From: Lepidodermella squamata
Taxonomy: Eukaryota > Animalia > Gastrotricha
Length of the DNA: 64,000 nucleotides
Reading direction: 5' to 3'
NCBI GenBank assembly: GCA_047495785.1
Contig: JBLDXI010000078.1
Coordinates: 27,985 to 91,984, forward strand
How positions within the stretch are numbered: the first letter of the stretch is position 1; every line of letters begins with the position of its first letter. Both the position numbers and the translations under genes were made by a program. Of this stretch, positions 1 through 12,688 are shown one piece after another. The notes under the pieces were generated by a model. It saw only the letters and a program-made list of their open reading frames with translations, ran no database searches and was not told the origin of the DNA.

Positions 1-1198
1 ACTTTGTCTTAAAGGGAAATGCAGGGCGCTAAGTAATCCTCACCGTTTAGCCTCAGTATCAGTCATGATATTAGAACTACAAGGGCTGCAACTTTGCATT
101 TTCAGAGCCAGAAAATTACTTTCAGCAGATTCTGCGGAGAGCATTCAATGAGCATTAGTTGAATTGGCACTTCAAGCTTACGACGAGTTCGATTTCGTTG
201 AGGGCGAACAAGAAACCTCGCATCGGCCCGAATGAGAAGGGCTGGCTCCGAGCTTGTTACAAATTTTACACTGTAACAATCAATCGGACTGATTTTGAAA
301 ACCAAGATCGTCATTTTTAGGGGTTTCAGAGCAGTACACGAAGTTGGATCCTCGAACTATTAGGAAGTATTTTCGGGCCTGAATTTTATGACCAAAGGAG
401 CTAATTTTAGTGGTGAATCCGAAAAATTCCCTCGCGCGTATTTCTTTGCTTTGCTTTGAATCTCCGCCAATGCAGCACATCCGGATTTCCATATTGTGGA
501 AAAGGTTTGCGAACCGCTGCTTATTATTCGGAAATTTGGAATTTATTCGAAAAATGGGAATTGTCCCTGCTTGCGTCTTGAAAATTGGTGTCATCCACCG
601 CCTCTGAGCTGGGCCTAGTCGGAACACAGATCAATTCATAACTACTTGAATTGAAAAAAATCGAAAAATCTCAATTTTTATAAATTCGCGTACTTTTCCT
701 TGGAATTCGAGCGTGAATCAGGCTAATTATCAAATTATCAATCCCCTAAAGGCTATCAACTCTCAGAATGCCGAATGCCTATGATTACTCCTCAGGGTGG
801 GGACTTACGACCATATTGGACTGTTTTTTATGAAGTCTTCGAGGTATAGGAATCTGGCCCAAGCTTCGATCAAAATTCATTTGAAATCCAACGGCCAAAA
901 GTCGAGGAATGAATCAATTAGATGAAGTTCAGGCATAAACAGATGGCGTGTCATCCAAATCGGGTTGAAATTTAAATAAATTGGTTGTATTTCGGCTTTT
1001 TTACCTCCCCGACATTTTTTTGCTTTATTGATGATGCCACGTAGCAGTCGCGTGCTTATATTATAGGTTCTCGTTTTTTCATTGATTTATTTTCAGTCGC
1101 GTAGTTGCGTAGATTTTATTGCGCAGTTAATAGGTGTCGACGTTTCATTCGAGGCTTTTCAAATTTAATTTTGATTTCCGCACTTGAACTTGATAGAT

Positions 1199-1868
1199 AT
1201 GGATACCAGCCATTTAGAGGTGCTGGATTTATCTCGAAAAAAAGCGGCTATCATTTCAATTTCCACGATAGCTCCATGGGCTCTCAAGGTAGCAGAGTCA
1301 AACTTGATCACAATCAGCTCAGAACGGAGATCAGCTTTTCAGCCTTACTCGGGGACTCGAATCCCATTTGAAAATTCAACAGCTAGTTGCGAAGATTCCC
1401 AGAAGCTGCCGGTAAGGTTCGGTGACTATTACTACTATCTCCTTGTGAATCATCTTTTCCTTGCAGGTCAACCCTTTATCCGGATCTTGTGATGGAAGCG
1501 TCGAATTGAACTCAAATTCAAATTCAAATTCAAACACCGAGAAGCGTTCGAATTCTGTTTTTGTATGCGATTACTGTCCCAAACGCCGGGTTTATACCAC
1601 GCGTAACGGCTTTCGGCTTCACGTTAGAGCCCACCATTTCGAGAAATTCGCCATGACGTGCTTTACCTGTTCGCGGCTGTTTGAGAACGCCGCTCAGCTG
1701 CGAATTCACTTGTATCAGCACAGGAGATCAGCACAGCCTTCGATCAAAAAAGGCTCGGCAGCCTCGCAAGGAAATTTCTCGCCTAAAAGCTCGTTGAACT
1801 GGGAGATTACTTCCCCTGATCCCTCGCCAAGTTCAAGCTATAATGAACAATTCATTAAGGTTGATTAA
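1199..1868 (+). CDS. C2H2 zinc-finger protein, 2 exons (1199-1411, 1467-1868), two fingers
   Basis: CDYC..HVRAHH and CFTC..HLYQH fingers; phase-0 intron GTAAGG..TTGCAG joins the two ORFs; N-terminal VLDLS (CtBP-motif-like) and RSAFQPY; AATAAA at about 1924. Confidence 0.8.
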
Positions 1869-2295
1869 AACGGAGGAGGATTATTATAAACAATTGTTGA
1901 TATATATGACTCAAATTTACTTGAATAAATAATAAAGAATTCTTCTTTTTCGGAGAGTTTCGAGTTGAAGATTGGTTTGACGCCTAAATCTAAACTCAAC
2001 TGCGCCCAGGTCATTGGCCAGGTCGGGGACCTCTTCCCAACTTTACCTTATACAATCCTTGATCAAAAATATTATACAGTTCTATATTTTTAGACAAAAG
2101 ACGTTTTTCTGGCGATGACCTCTTGGCTTATTATCGGTTTGAAATTACGTCTTTTTATTCATAATTTATCGCATATTTGGACTTTCTCTCAAGGTCGTTA
2201 GGCAATAAACGCTGACAGTTCATTTTTTGCTGAATTCTTATACCAGGCTAAAATCAAAACTATTGAAGGGCTATTGAAAAAGCAAGTCGGCAGAT

Positions 2296-4674
2296 TTAAG
2301 TCACATTTTTAGTTGTCGGGTGAACAAAATTAATGATTAATGATGAAACAGTTACAGGCACTTCAGAGTAGAACAAATATGGATATCTTGGCACGATGCC
2401 AAACAAGAAAATCGGCGTGATACTAATGAGAAAAACATATGAAAATAAGACAAATCGATCCATAACATCAGCGATGAATTCCCACCGTTGAATGCGATAG
2501 ATTTCCAGTGTAATTTGCCGCTCATGATCAGCCTTATCGCTGCCGAACATTTTCTTATCAGGATTCGTCTCAGTCGCGATCTGAATGTCGTGTTGGAAAA
2601 TCGAATAGAAGCTACTGCGTAACATTTTCTCACACTCGTCGTGCTGTTCTTCTTTAGTCGTTGGCAGTCTTGGCTTTTTAACGCGAAAAACTGGCGCGAG
2701 AAAGCAAGCGGCTTTATACAACCACTCCGGTACAACCTGCTGCCGTCTCTGGTCGCGGCTTTTCCGGAAGCAAATGAAGACCAGGCCCTCGCCTAACATA
2801 GCTAGGCATATGTAAAGCATCGATAGATCGATGTAGTAGCACAACAACGGGATCTTGTCCGAGGTTCGAGGTATGTCGTCGATTATCATAAGCTGGAAAA
2901 CGCCATAGGCCAAGAGGCAGGTGAAGGACAGCTCCAACTTTTCGCTGTCATCAACCGCAGCGGCGAATGTCGCAACTTCCGCCAGCGAAATTATCAAACT
3001 AGGCACGATAACATTGATAAGGTAATACCCAATCTTCCTCTGAAGAACGAGGTCGAATTCAACCCGGGAAAACGTATTGGTCGGGATGACGTACTGGACC
3101 CGTTTCACCCGTTGATCTGTACTAACAAGTGACCACTGTTCGTTCTCGATCCACCACCTTTTCTGAATTGTGTCGCCGAAGTGGAAAACTTGGAATTCGA
3201 CTGTGTACCGCCAGCTTTCCATGATCAAAGTGCAGTTTTGGGTGTCGAACGGGAACAATCGAATGTCGAAGTCGCAGAAGGCTTTGAAGGTCCCACCAGG
3301 CCGGTATGAGATGTAACCGTTGCTTGAGACTCGCACCATTTCCTGGTCGTGCATGAGTAACAGCTCGTAATGTTGTTCAGAGTTTATCATGGCGATTTCA
3401 GGGATCCAGATTTGTCTCTGCGGTGTTGTGACGCTGGGTACGCAGCAGTGGGGAAAGGTTCGGTTCCAGGTGTGAAATTCATCGAACCAATACTGAAATG
3501 GAGGACAGGAATGGGAGGAGGTTTTGAAATTATCGATAAGAAACCTACAAACAGCAGGTATCCAGACAGTTTCAGAGCTTTGTCTCGCTCAATCTAAGAA
3601 AATCATTGGTATATAAAATTGCAATAATTAATCCAGATTTTCTTTCGACGAGCCTTCCTTTTGAAGAGTTCGAGCATAATTTCTGACATCTATGATAATT
3701 CTATTTCTGAGGCTTTGATGGATTGGTGATACTACTCTGATGGATGATGGATTGTTTCCGTCATTAGGACTTGCACCCAGTCCAGATAACCCCTCAGATA
3801 CACAGTAGCTCATAAACTGAGACACGGTACCTCATATTCACGGTGCGAAGGACAGGGATGCTGGGGTGTCGCGACACCCCAGCTCTGGGACTCCAAACCC
3901 GAGGAAGGCAGAAGAAACCACAGGGGGGATTCTCGGCCAGGTCCCAGAAATTAAGCAGAAAACACCTCAGCTCCCGGATCCTACTTCACACACTGGCCTC
4001 TAAATATTGTGATAATAAATTTTATCTCACTGTTCTCTATCCCCATTCGTCAAGCTTTATATGTAGTTTCATTTATATGTATAACTCTAAAAGGTTCAGC
4101 TTCACAGAAATTCGGGATTCAATCTTAATCTTACTCTATCAATTGACCTTGGGACATAAAACTGCGACTTTATCGGAAAGGCTCGAGACCACTGCGAGAC
4201 CAGCGTAACAGTTGGGGTTAACGATCCCTAGATTCCGTTTAATTGGAATAAATTGAAGCGGAGAATGGTGAATGGTTCAGGGGTTAGGCAAAAATCTAAA
4301 CCGGTGTCGCCGAAAAAGTTGTCAGAACGTTTTTAACGGCTAAAAAATCCGTGTTTGCTTACCACATCGTTGATGGTCGACAAAACGAGGCGAACTTCAA
4401 TGTTTATCGGCTTGTTACTGCGCTTCAGAGGCCTCACCCAAGTCTCATGTTTGCCAAATACGTCTCGCGCGATGATATCCTCACTAATAGAGACATTGCG
4501 ACACAGCGGCGAATTAGCTGAAACGGCCTGCTTTAATTTCTGCGGAACTATAACTTCATCGCCGTTTTCGTCTATCGTAACATTGTACCATAAACTCTGG
4601 CCTGAAGTTGCTGCGATCACGTGAATCACGAAACAGTAGAGAATTTTCGCGAAATTATTCGAGGTCAAAATCAT
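2296..4674 (-). CDS. Cys-loop ligand-gated cation channel, nAChR-like non-alpha subunit, paralog 1; exons 4674-4363, 3593-3549, 3492-2296
   Basis: Signal peptide, WVRP, IWIPEI, Cys-loop CDFDIRLFPFDTQNC, ESWRY, M1-M3 (YYLINVIVP, EKLELSFTCLL, PRTSDKIPLL), M4 (DVMDRFVLF); all junctions GT-AG and in frame; no loop-C vicinal Cys. Confidence 0.92.
3839..3995. mobile_element. Copy of a roughly 160-bp hAT-type MITE family, in intron 1 of channel paralog 1
   Basis: Ends CACGGTGCGAAG / CTTCACACACTG; internal palindrome GGGGTGTCGCGACACCCC shared with the copy at 15076. Confidence 0.7.
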
Positions 4675-4714
4675 GTTTTTTGACAAGATGAATGTCTCAA
4701 TGTATGCTGGCTTG

Positions 4715-4925
4715 CGGCGATCTGAGAACAACAAATTGTGTAGTTAATTGAGCTGGTTCAATTGCTTGCGGTTGTTGTGATAAGTGCGTCACGGAAAAAA
4801 ATACGCTTTAATATTTTATGATGGCGAGCCGTCGATTTGATTCGATGTCAAGTGCGATCACTTTATTTTTTATTTTATATTTAACCAGACATGAATTAAC
4901 AAATCTAAGGACAAATATCTTATTC
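4715..4925 (-). promoter_or_regulatory. Conserved upstream (promoter/5'UTR) block shared by the two channel paralogs; counterpart at about 8820-9013
   Basis: Non-coding identity between paralogs, e.g. GGTTGTTGTGATAAGTGCGTCAC and AACCAGACATGAATTAACAAATCTAAGGACA, while the introns have diverged. Confidence 0.5.
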
Positions 4926-5644
4926 AGCTATTATAAGAGTGATCTGGGGTACTTCCTAGAAATTTCTCGAGATCAATCTAAAATTGAATTATTTTTCCGA
5001 ATTGCGGAATTCTCACCATTCGGTTCAGATTTCAAGCCAAGGTTAGTGATTTTCTTGTCTCATTATTTCGATACATTAATTCCATCTACTGCGCCTACCA
5101 CTCAACCATCAGGCAGCTTCTATCTCGATGAAGTCAGAATATTCTGTTAATCACGTAGGATCATGGCTAGGAAAAGCTAACAGCCCCACACTTATGTCTC
5201 TAATCAGCCTAGCATGTGCATTGGCGACTCAATTTTGCTTCGGGATAAAAATCAGCAAATAAACCTAGTTCATTCCTAGCCGCGTAGAGAACATGAAGAA
5301 CTCGCACTGGAACTTTGAAATATGAATTCAAAGCGGTTTTTGAGCAGGATCTTCTCGCTAAATGCGAGATACCACAGTCCATTCAGCCATCCGAGCATTC
5401 GGCCACAGTCCATGGTCCCGTTTCACTCGATCATCAGCCAATTTTAAACTAATTTCAACCAGAAATGCGTTAGCTCATCTTTAGCCATTTGGTAATGGAA
5501 CTCGCTCAGCTTTAGCAATAAACTCAGGTTTTCCCTAGGCCCATTCTTGAGCATTTTTTCGTGATGTTTGGTCAATTTGAAAGGGCAAAGAGTTCAAGTT
5601 AAGAAACGAGAGATTCGAGATGTCGAGAGCCTGTCGGCTCCGTT

Positions 5645-5913
5645 CACTAGGAAAAAAATATAGCTTTTTAGCTCAGGACCCCTCGAAATGCTATTGCTAG
5701 AAATCTCGTTCCCGTACCCTTATTTAGCTATTTTTAGCTATTTAGCCATGTTCAACCATTGTGTGCGTAATCCTTTAATCCTTTAACAATGAATTGTGGC
5801 TAAATGTTCATGGCTAAATAGCCGAAAAAGCTAAATAAGGGTACGTAGATGAGATTATTAGCAAGAGCATTTCGAGGGGTCTTGAGCTAAAAAGCTATAT
5901 TTTTTTCCTAGTG
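5645..5913. mobile_element. MITE with long TIRs starting CACTAGG (CACTA/EnSpm-like ends)
   Basis: CACTAGGAAAAAAAATATAGCTTTTTAGCTCA.. mirrored by ..TGAGCTAAAAAGCTATATTTTTTTCCTAGTG; TT on both flanks (possible 2-bp TSD). Confidence 0.8.
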
Positions 5914-6327
5914 TTATTGACGTCCGTTTTCAAGGCCTGTGGAATTGAGTCCTTAATTAAGTTGGGCTGAATCTAGGGTTTTTCCATCGGCGGTTGGTCC
6001 ATCCTATCAATTCCATTGCTTCATTCACGCCGAGTTAACTTGCTGAAATTTTTAACATCAAGGCTGCTGAATGACCTCACATTTGAACCTACAAAGCTCG
6101 CAATCGCTTCCAATATCGCAGTTCAGCTGCCACACCCTGACACATCTCAATCATATATCGAAGGCCTCTTAATCTTTAGACGAAACTCAATTGGGCTGAT
6201 CGAAAAGCATCAAGTCAGTCAAGCGGGATAGAACAGTTGATAGTGGATGCGAGCTAGAGTTTGTGTAACGCTTTTTGAAACACTGAAAGCGATATGATTG
6301 ATGATATGACTGTATTTAGTCTCTTAG

Positions 6328-8805
6328 CTAAACTGTCACAGGCTGCTCAGAGTAGAACAAATATGGATACATAGGCACAATGCCAAACAAGAAAATCGGT
6401 GTGATGATAATGAGTGTGATATAAGAAAACAAAACAAATCGGTCCATAACATCAGCGATGAATTCCCATCGTTGAATTCGATAGATTTCCAAAGTAAGCT
6501 GCCGGTCATGATCCGCCTTATCGCTGCCGAACATTTTTTTATCAGGATTCGTCTCAGCCGCGATCTGAATGTCGTGCTGGAAAATCGAGAAGTAACTATC
6601 GCGCAGCACTTTCTCATATTCATCGTGCTGTTCTTCCTTAGTCGTCGGCAATCGCGGCTGTTTCACGCTGAAAACCGGCGCGACGACGCAGGCGACGTTG
6701 TACAGCAACTCGGGGACGACCTGTTGGTGCCTCTGGTCGCGGCCCTTCCGGAAGCAGATAAAGACCAAACCTTCGCCTAACATAGCTAGGCATATGTAAA
6801 GCATCGATAGATCGATGTAGTAGCACAACAACGGGATCTTGTCTGAGGTTCGAGGTATGTCGTCGATTATCATAAGCTGGAAAACGCCGTAGGCCAGGAG
6901 GCACGTGAAGGACAGTTCCAATTTCTCGCTGTCGTGAACCTCAACGGCAAAAGTCGCAACTTCCGCCAGGGAAATTATCACACTAGGCACGATAACATTG
7001 ATAAGGTAATACCCGATCTTTCTCTGAATGACCAGGTCGAACTCAACGCGGGAAAACGTGTTTGTCGGTATGACGTACTGAACTTGCTTCAGCCTTTGAT
7101 CCGTTCTGACCAGGGACCATTGTTCGTTTTCAATCCACCACCTTTTCTGGATTGTATCGCCGAAACGGAAAACCTGAAATTCGACAGTGTACCGCCAGCT
7201 TTCCATGATCAAAGTGCAGTTTTGGGTGTCGTAAGGGAACAGGCGAATGTCGAAGTCGCAGAAGGCTTTGAAGGTCCCACCAGGCCGGTAAGAGACGTAT
7301 CCGTTGCTGGAAACTCGCGCCATTTCCTGGTCATGCATCAGCAGAAGTTCGTAGTGTTGTTCTGAGTTTATCATAGCAATTTCAGGAATCCAGATCTCCT
7401 TTTGGGGGACGGTTACGCTAGGCACGCAGCAGTGGGGGAAGGTTCGGTTCCAAGTGTGAAATTCATCGAACCAATACTAAATTATGGAAACGTGAGATGG
7501 TCTCGAGTTTATTTGATTAGGAACTTACAAAAAGCAGATATCCAGATATCTTCAGAGCTTTGTCTCGCTCAATCTGTGAATAGGAAATGATTTTTCACTT
7601 TTCAATATTCAAGAAGTGGATGAGCCTTGAGCCTTAGATAAAGTTCTACATTCCCTGTATTCCCTGAGGTATAATAGGGTTCCTGAGATCAGACTGGATT
7701 TTACTAACTAAAATAACGAATTTTGAATCTTCCAGGATTTTCCCAACATTTGGCCAAATTTGTCGAGGATCTTTTGAGAGGGAAAACTTTTTTCATCCGA
7801 CCAATGTCTTTTTTTTATCCGAACAATGTCTTATTTCATCCGACAACCAAAAATGTGACTAAAACCAGCCGACTTGCTTTCTCATATTTTCAGTACAGTA
7901 AAAAAGTGACTACTCGGATCGCCATGAATCTTTCACCATAATATTCCGCCGGTCAGGGGCCAAAATAGGGTGCATAAAAGGGGTATGCCCCTGCGGAAAA
8001 ATCGAACTTGGGAAAATCGAAAAAAACGATATTTTCATGTCGGATGATTTTAGTCACATTTTTGGTTGTCGGATGAAAACAGACATTGGTCGGATGAGAA
8101 AAGTCACACCCTTTTCGAGGTACTAGACACCTCATCCTGTAGCCTGTAGCCCGAATGTACCAAAATGAGGGGGAGTGAAAAGCCCGGAGAAGAATGTCAG
8201 CAATTTTGATTGAACGCAGAAAGACGGGATGAAAGTAAACTGAAAAGAAATTCAATTTTTGGGATTACAAATGTTCAACAACTTTGACATCAATCGAAAG
8301 ATTCAAGATTTTCTCATAATTTTTCAAATTACTGATTACAGATAGCATTTTAGGAAAATAAAAATCCCGGACAGTATAGGATGGTTTGGTTATTTTGTGG
8401 CCATAGGATTCTTTACTGAACACTCAATGTCGTACTGCTTTTCAGGTTCAGGCATTCTCTACTCAACGGTTACTAGCCTGTAAGTTTCCGGCTTACCACG
8501 TCGTTGATAGTCGACAGCACGAGGCGGACTTCAACGCTCATTGGCCTGCTGCTGCGCTTCAGAGGCCTCACCCACGTCTTATGCTTGCCGAATATGTCCT
8601 CCGCAACGACATTCTCGCTGACCGTGATATTTCGACAAATCGGCGAATTTGGCGGAACGGCTTGCTTCAACCTCTGCGGAATTATGACTTCATCGCCATT
8701 TTCGTCTATCGTAACATTGTACCGGAAACTTTGCGCTGAAGTCGCTCGGATCATGTCGATAAAAAATAAAAGAATAATCGCGAAATTTTTCCAGGTCAAA
8801 GTCAT
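6328..8805 (-). CDS. Cys-loop ligand-gated cation channel, nAChR-like non-alpha subunit, paralog 2; exons 8805-8497, 7573-7529, 7476-6328
   Basis: Same exon structure and motifs as paralog 1 (CDFDIRLFPYDTQNC, EKLELSFTCLL); intact frame. Confidence 0.92.
7794..8098. mobile_element. Inverted-repeat (MITE-like) element in intron 1 of channel paralog 2
   Basis: CATCCGACCAATGTC..CATCCGACAACCAAAAATGTGACTAAAA mirrored at about 8048-8098. Confidence 0.65.
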
Positions 8806-10245
8806 TTTTTTCGTCTCGGCTCGCGGCGATCTCAGATCAACAAATGTAAATTGAGCTGGCTCAGTGGCTTGCGGTTGTTGTGATAAGTGCGTCACAGAAT
8901 ATATGAAAAGGCTTGAATATTTGATGATTGCGAGCCGTTGAAGAATCGATTCGATATCAAGTGCGATCGCTTGTATTCATGTAACCAGACATGAATTAAC
9001 AAATCTAAGGACATTCAAGTACGATCTCTGTGATTTTCTAGATAATTCTTGAGAACAAGCTAAGAATTGCTATAAAAAGAACAAATCATAACGTGTGAAA
9101 TTCACTGTTTATTTGAATCTTGCACATTGTCCGAATCCTTGTTTGACTATGTCAACAGGATAGGTCTCGCCGTAGTCTGTTCTAAGAGTAGTTTTTGGCA
9201 GCGATTCCTAATTGCTAATGCCTAGGAATCGATTACAGAAAACATCGATTTTTTTTTATGTTAGACGTCTTAGTAGCGAACTCTGAAGATGTCTGCTACC
9301 AAAAGCCAAAGAAGCCCAATGGTTTGAGGCACTTAAACAGCTGAGATCGCCAATCTCTCCTTTAGTATCCAATAATTTTATTAGGAAAAAAATGAAAAAT
9401 ATTTTGTTTCAAATGTTTTATCGCAATGTTTATTTTCGAGAATTTTCCAGATTGATTTTCCAGGAAATTATTGGGCAATAAAAAATCGGAAAATTACCAT
9501 TGCAGTCCCGATCTTTGGTAAATTTTGAAATTTTTTCCAGCTCTTATATATGAAAAGGCAGTTGGAAAAATTAAATGTGAAGAATTGTTTAAAAAAAAAT
9601 TCGAATAAAATATCATATTAAATTTCAAATTAAAACTAAAATAAAATTATTAAAATAAGTTTTATTAAAAAAATAATTTTTATTAAATTTTCGGGGCTTG
9701 CATACCGCCTAATTATGACCAAAATTGGAAGCTCGATTCCTACAGCTTGGTTGATTAGCTAGTTCCTAGTTCCGAAAAATTTGCGAATCTTAAAAATTGG
9801 GATATTTCAATATAATGCTTAAATTTGCTCAATTTTCGTTTGCTCAATTGACATAGAACCATTCGGATTCGGATATACCCAAAGTTGTGGGTGGTAAAAA
9901 ATTGCAAACTGAAAAAACCAAAATGCGGTGGGTGTATTTATTGGATAGCTATAACAGTTTCATAATTGTCTCGAGTGCCTCGCGCCCACCAACGCTCGTA
10001 CATATCCTCGATTTACGAGCTAAAAATAAATGCTGAACAACTCCCCCTCCATTTCTAAAAATTCCGCCCAATAATTGAAGATGAGAAATGTGTGGGGAAA
10101 AAATTAATTCAATTATATCGCCAACGTATCAATCATTTACGGAAATTTCGCGCTTAGAAACTAAAATCAAAGTCCCTAGCAACCGATGTTGAAAAATCGA
10201 CAACAATATTTTGCATCATTTATTCACAAAAAAAATTGTATCGAT

Positions 10246-12013
10246 TTAAAGTCCGGAGTTATAACCCATCGGAATTCCGAAGCCGAAATCGTTCGGGCCA
10301 ATTTTGTTGTAGTAATGAAACGAGCACTGAGTTGACCCAGATTGGAACGAAACCCGCCTGCCATAGCCATAACTATCGACCTTATTCTTGTTATTATGCT
10401 GAAACCGCAGCGTTGGAACAAGCGAGTACAACGACGCCATCTCGCCAAAGCCGCTTCGAGGTATAATTAACCTGTCCATGCGGGTCAGCGCGTACCAATC
10501 TAAAAAGGTCTTCGCGCCGAACAGCCATAATTCACTTTTATTAAGGCGGCTGTCAGGTCGTGACCTAGACGAGTGAACGGTCACTAAATTGGCGCAATAA
10601 TCCGCGCTGTTCGCCACCTTAATAAAATAATTAGAAGCGGCATGACCTAATTTTTGCTCGAGGCCCTGCGTGAATAGTGACCTAGTTTCATTTTCTGACC
10701 TGTCCATAGTCAGGAAAATTACTACATTTTTCGGGCCGCTTTTAGTGATAAAATCAGCTGCGATTTCGCCGAAGCACGTGACCTGATTGCCGGACACCCG
10801 AGTCGCATTTACGTCACCTCGCCGAATTTGAACGCCGATTTTTAGGGATTCGGACCAGAATTGTTCGCCGCCTAATGGGTCGACCAGGCATTTTTTGAAT
10901 AAATTCGCGAGTTCATCGCCAGGCCGGGGCAGGAGAGTTCGAAAGGCTGCTGATGCCAGAATTGATCCGTCGATTTTTTCTTGAATAAAATGCTGGAAAA
11001 CAGGGCGGAAACTCGGGTTTTTCAGTAAACCAGCAATTCCTGTCATTGAATTTGCTCGAATTTTGACGAAATTTCGATTTGATAAGTTTGAAGGTAATTT
11101 CGGGTTCGCTGCCCATTTTTCCAACACTTTCTCGCCTGGCTGATTTCGGAAAATTACCGCAGTACCATTATCAGTTTTTCGGGATTTTTCAACAATTTCT
11201 TTATATCTTTCGGGAGCGATTTTGTAGGCCTCGAAATTGATGCCATGCGGGAAGTAATCGGTCAATTTGTTGCGATAGTTCCATTGAACGTGGAAAGGTC
11301 GATGAAGGCCGATTGCCAGGTAGAAAATGCTGGCCATTCCTCGTAAACGATCAGCAAATCCAACTTCTTTCATACTTTCCGAAGCGATAAACTAAAAAAG
11401 AATTCGGAAATAATATTAGCGACTTCGTCAAAGTTTTTAAATTTCAATCAAAATTCAGAAAACTGGGCAAAGTTGGACAAATTTGAAGCAAAGATAAACA
11501 ATTAGCTCAGCGGAATTTTTAAGAAAAATTAGCGAATTATTTGTGAGACATGGGCAATTATTCAAAAAATTTAAAATCGCTGAAATTATTTGAAATTATT
11601 CAAATTTTTTTATTTCAAAGATTTCGACGAACTAGAAAATAAAAGAGTTCGTTCGTTCTCACCTGAACGATTTCTTCATTCGAATTCATTAGCTTGTAAG
11701 AAATTGGATCCAACCAGAATTTCCGGATGTCCTCCACGAATCGCTCAGTTTGCTGGTTCCGAATTGCCAGATCAGCTTCAATTTCCTCATCGGAAATCAG
11801 TACACCAGAACCGAGACTGCTTTCATTTTTCAACAAAATTGCATCAATCATTCGATCCCATTCAACCTCCTTCTTCTCATCAGGAACTCCGACATGATTT
11901 TCTGGGGCGATTTCGATAGTTTGGCTTGGAAAATCTTGAATAAACAATAAAATAGCGAACAGGCAAGCAATAATCGCAAGAGCGACTGTATTTTTCAAAT
12001 TTACTCTAGCCAT
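10246..12013 (-). CDS. Type II membrane fucosyltransferase-superfamily (alpha1,2/alpha1,6/O-FucT-like, GT-B) protein; exons 12013-11663, 11391-10246
   Basis: N-terminal TM anchor; GFADRLRG; motif I IGVQIRRGD; motif II VIFLTMD; motif III DWYALTRMD..SGFGEMA; phase-0 intron in frame. Confidence 0.8.
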
Positions 12014-12688
12014 TCATGAAGCAGAATAAAATCATGATAATGAATTCGAAAAAAATTCCCATCGATTGGAGCACGTGAAAAAAATCGATATTCAGGAGTA
12101 GAATTTTTTTACATTTTTTCTACGATTATTTGATTAAATATTTCGAAATTATGATGAATAAATAATTAAAATATTTATTTTCAGAAATTGTTTTATGAAA
12201 ATTGTGAAAATTAAGTTTTCAGTTGAATAAATGAATTATATAGCCCCTCGATTATCGAATTCTTTACAAAATCGATTTTAGCACCAGCCAGTAACAGATC
12301 AAAAATTGTCTGAGATGACTCATTGTATTTTACTCAGGTGGATGTGTTAAAAAATCTTTGGCATTTCTTCAAGGTAAATAAATCGCAATTCGCAATAAGC
12401 ATTAACACGATGATTAATTATTGCTGCTGCAATCTGAGAATAGACGATCAGTTTTCCCGATCGATGCGTGCTCTATAGATACGTGCGAGTAATCTAAACA
12501 ATTTGGACAATTTGCGGCATGAATAAATAACAGCGCAGGGTGTTGAATAAATAGCAACCGGCCAGCTATCACCCTGGAACCTATATAAACCAGCCAAGCG
12601 TGGCACTTGAATCCGTTAATCACAGCATTTTCTCGAATTACTCGCAATTTTTTGGTATTATATTAAGAACGGAAATAACTGGGTCACG

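Noticed and set aside
102-627. Minus-strand ORFs of 70 and 115 aa
   Set aside because: No recognisable motif or convincing splice model; window edge
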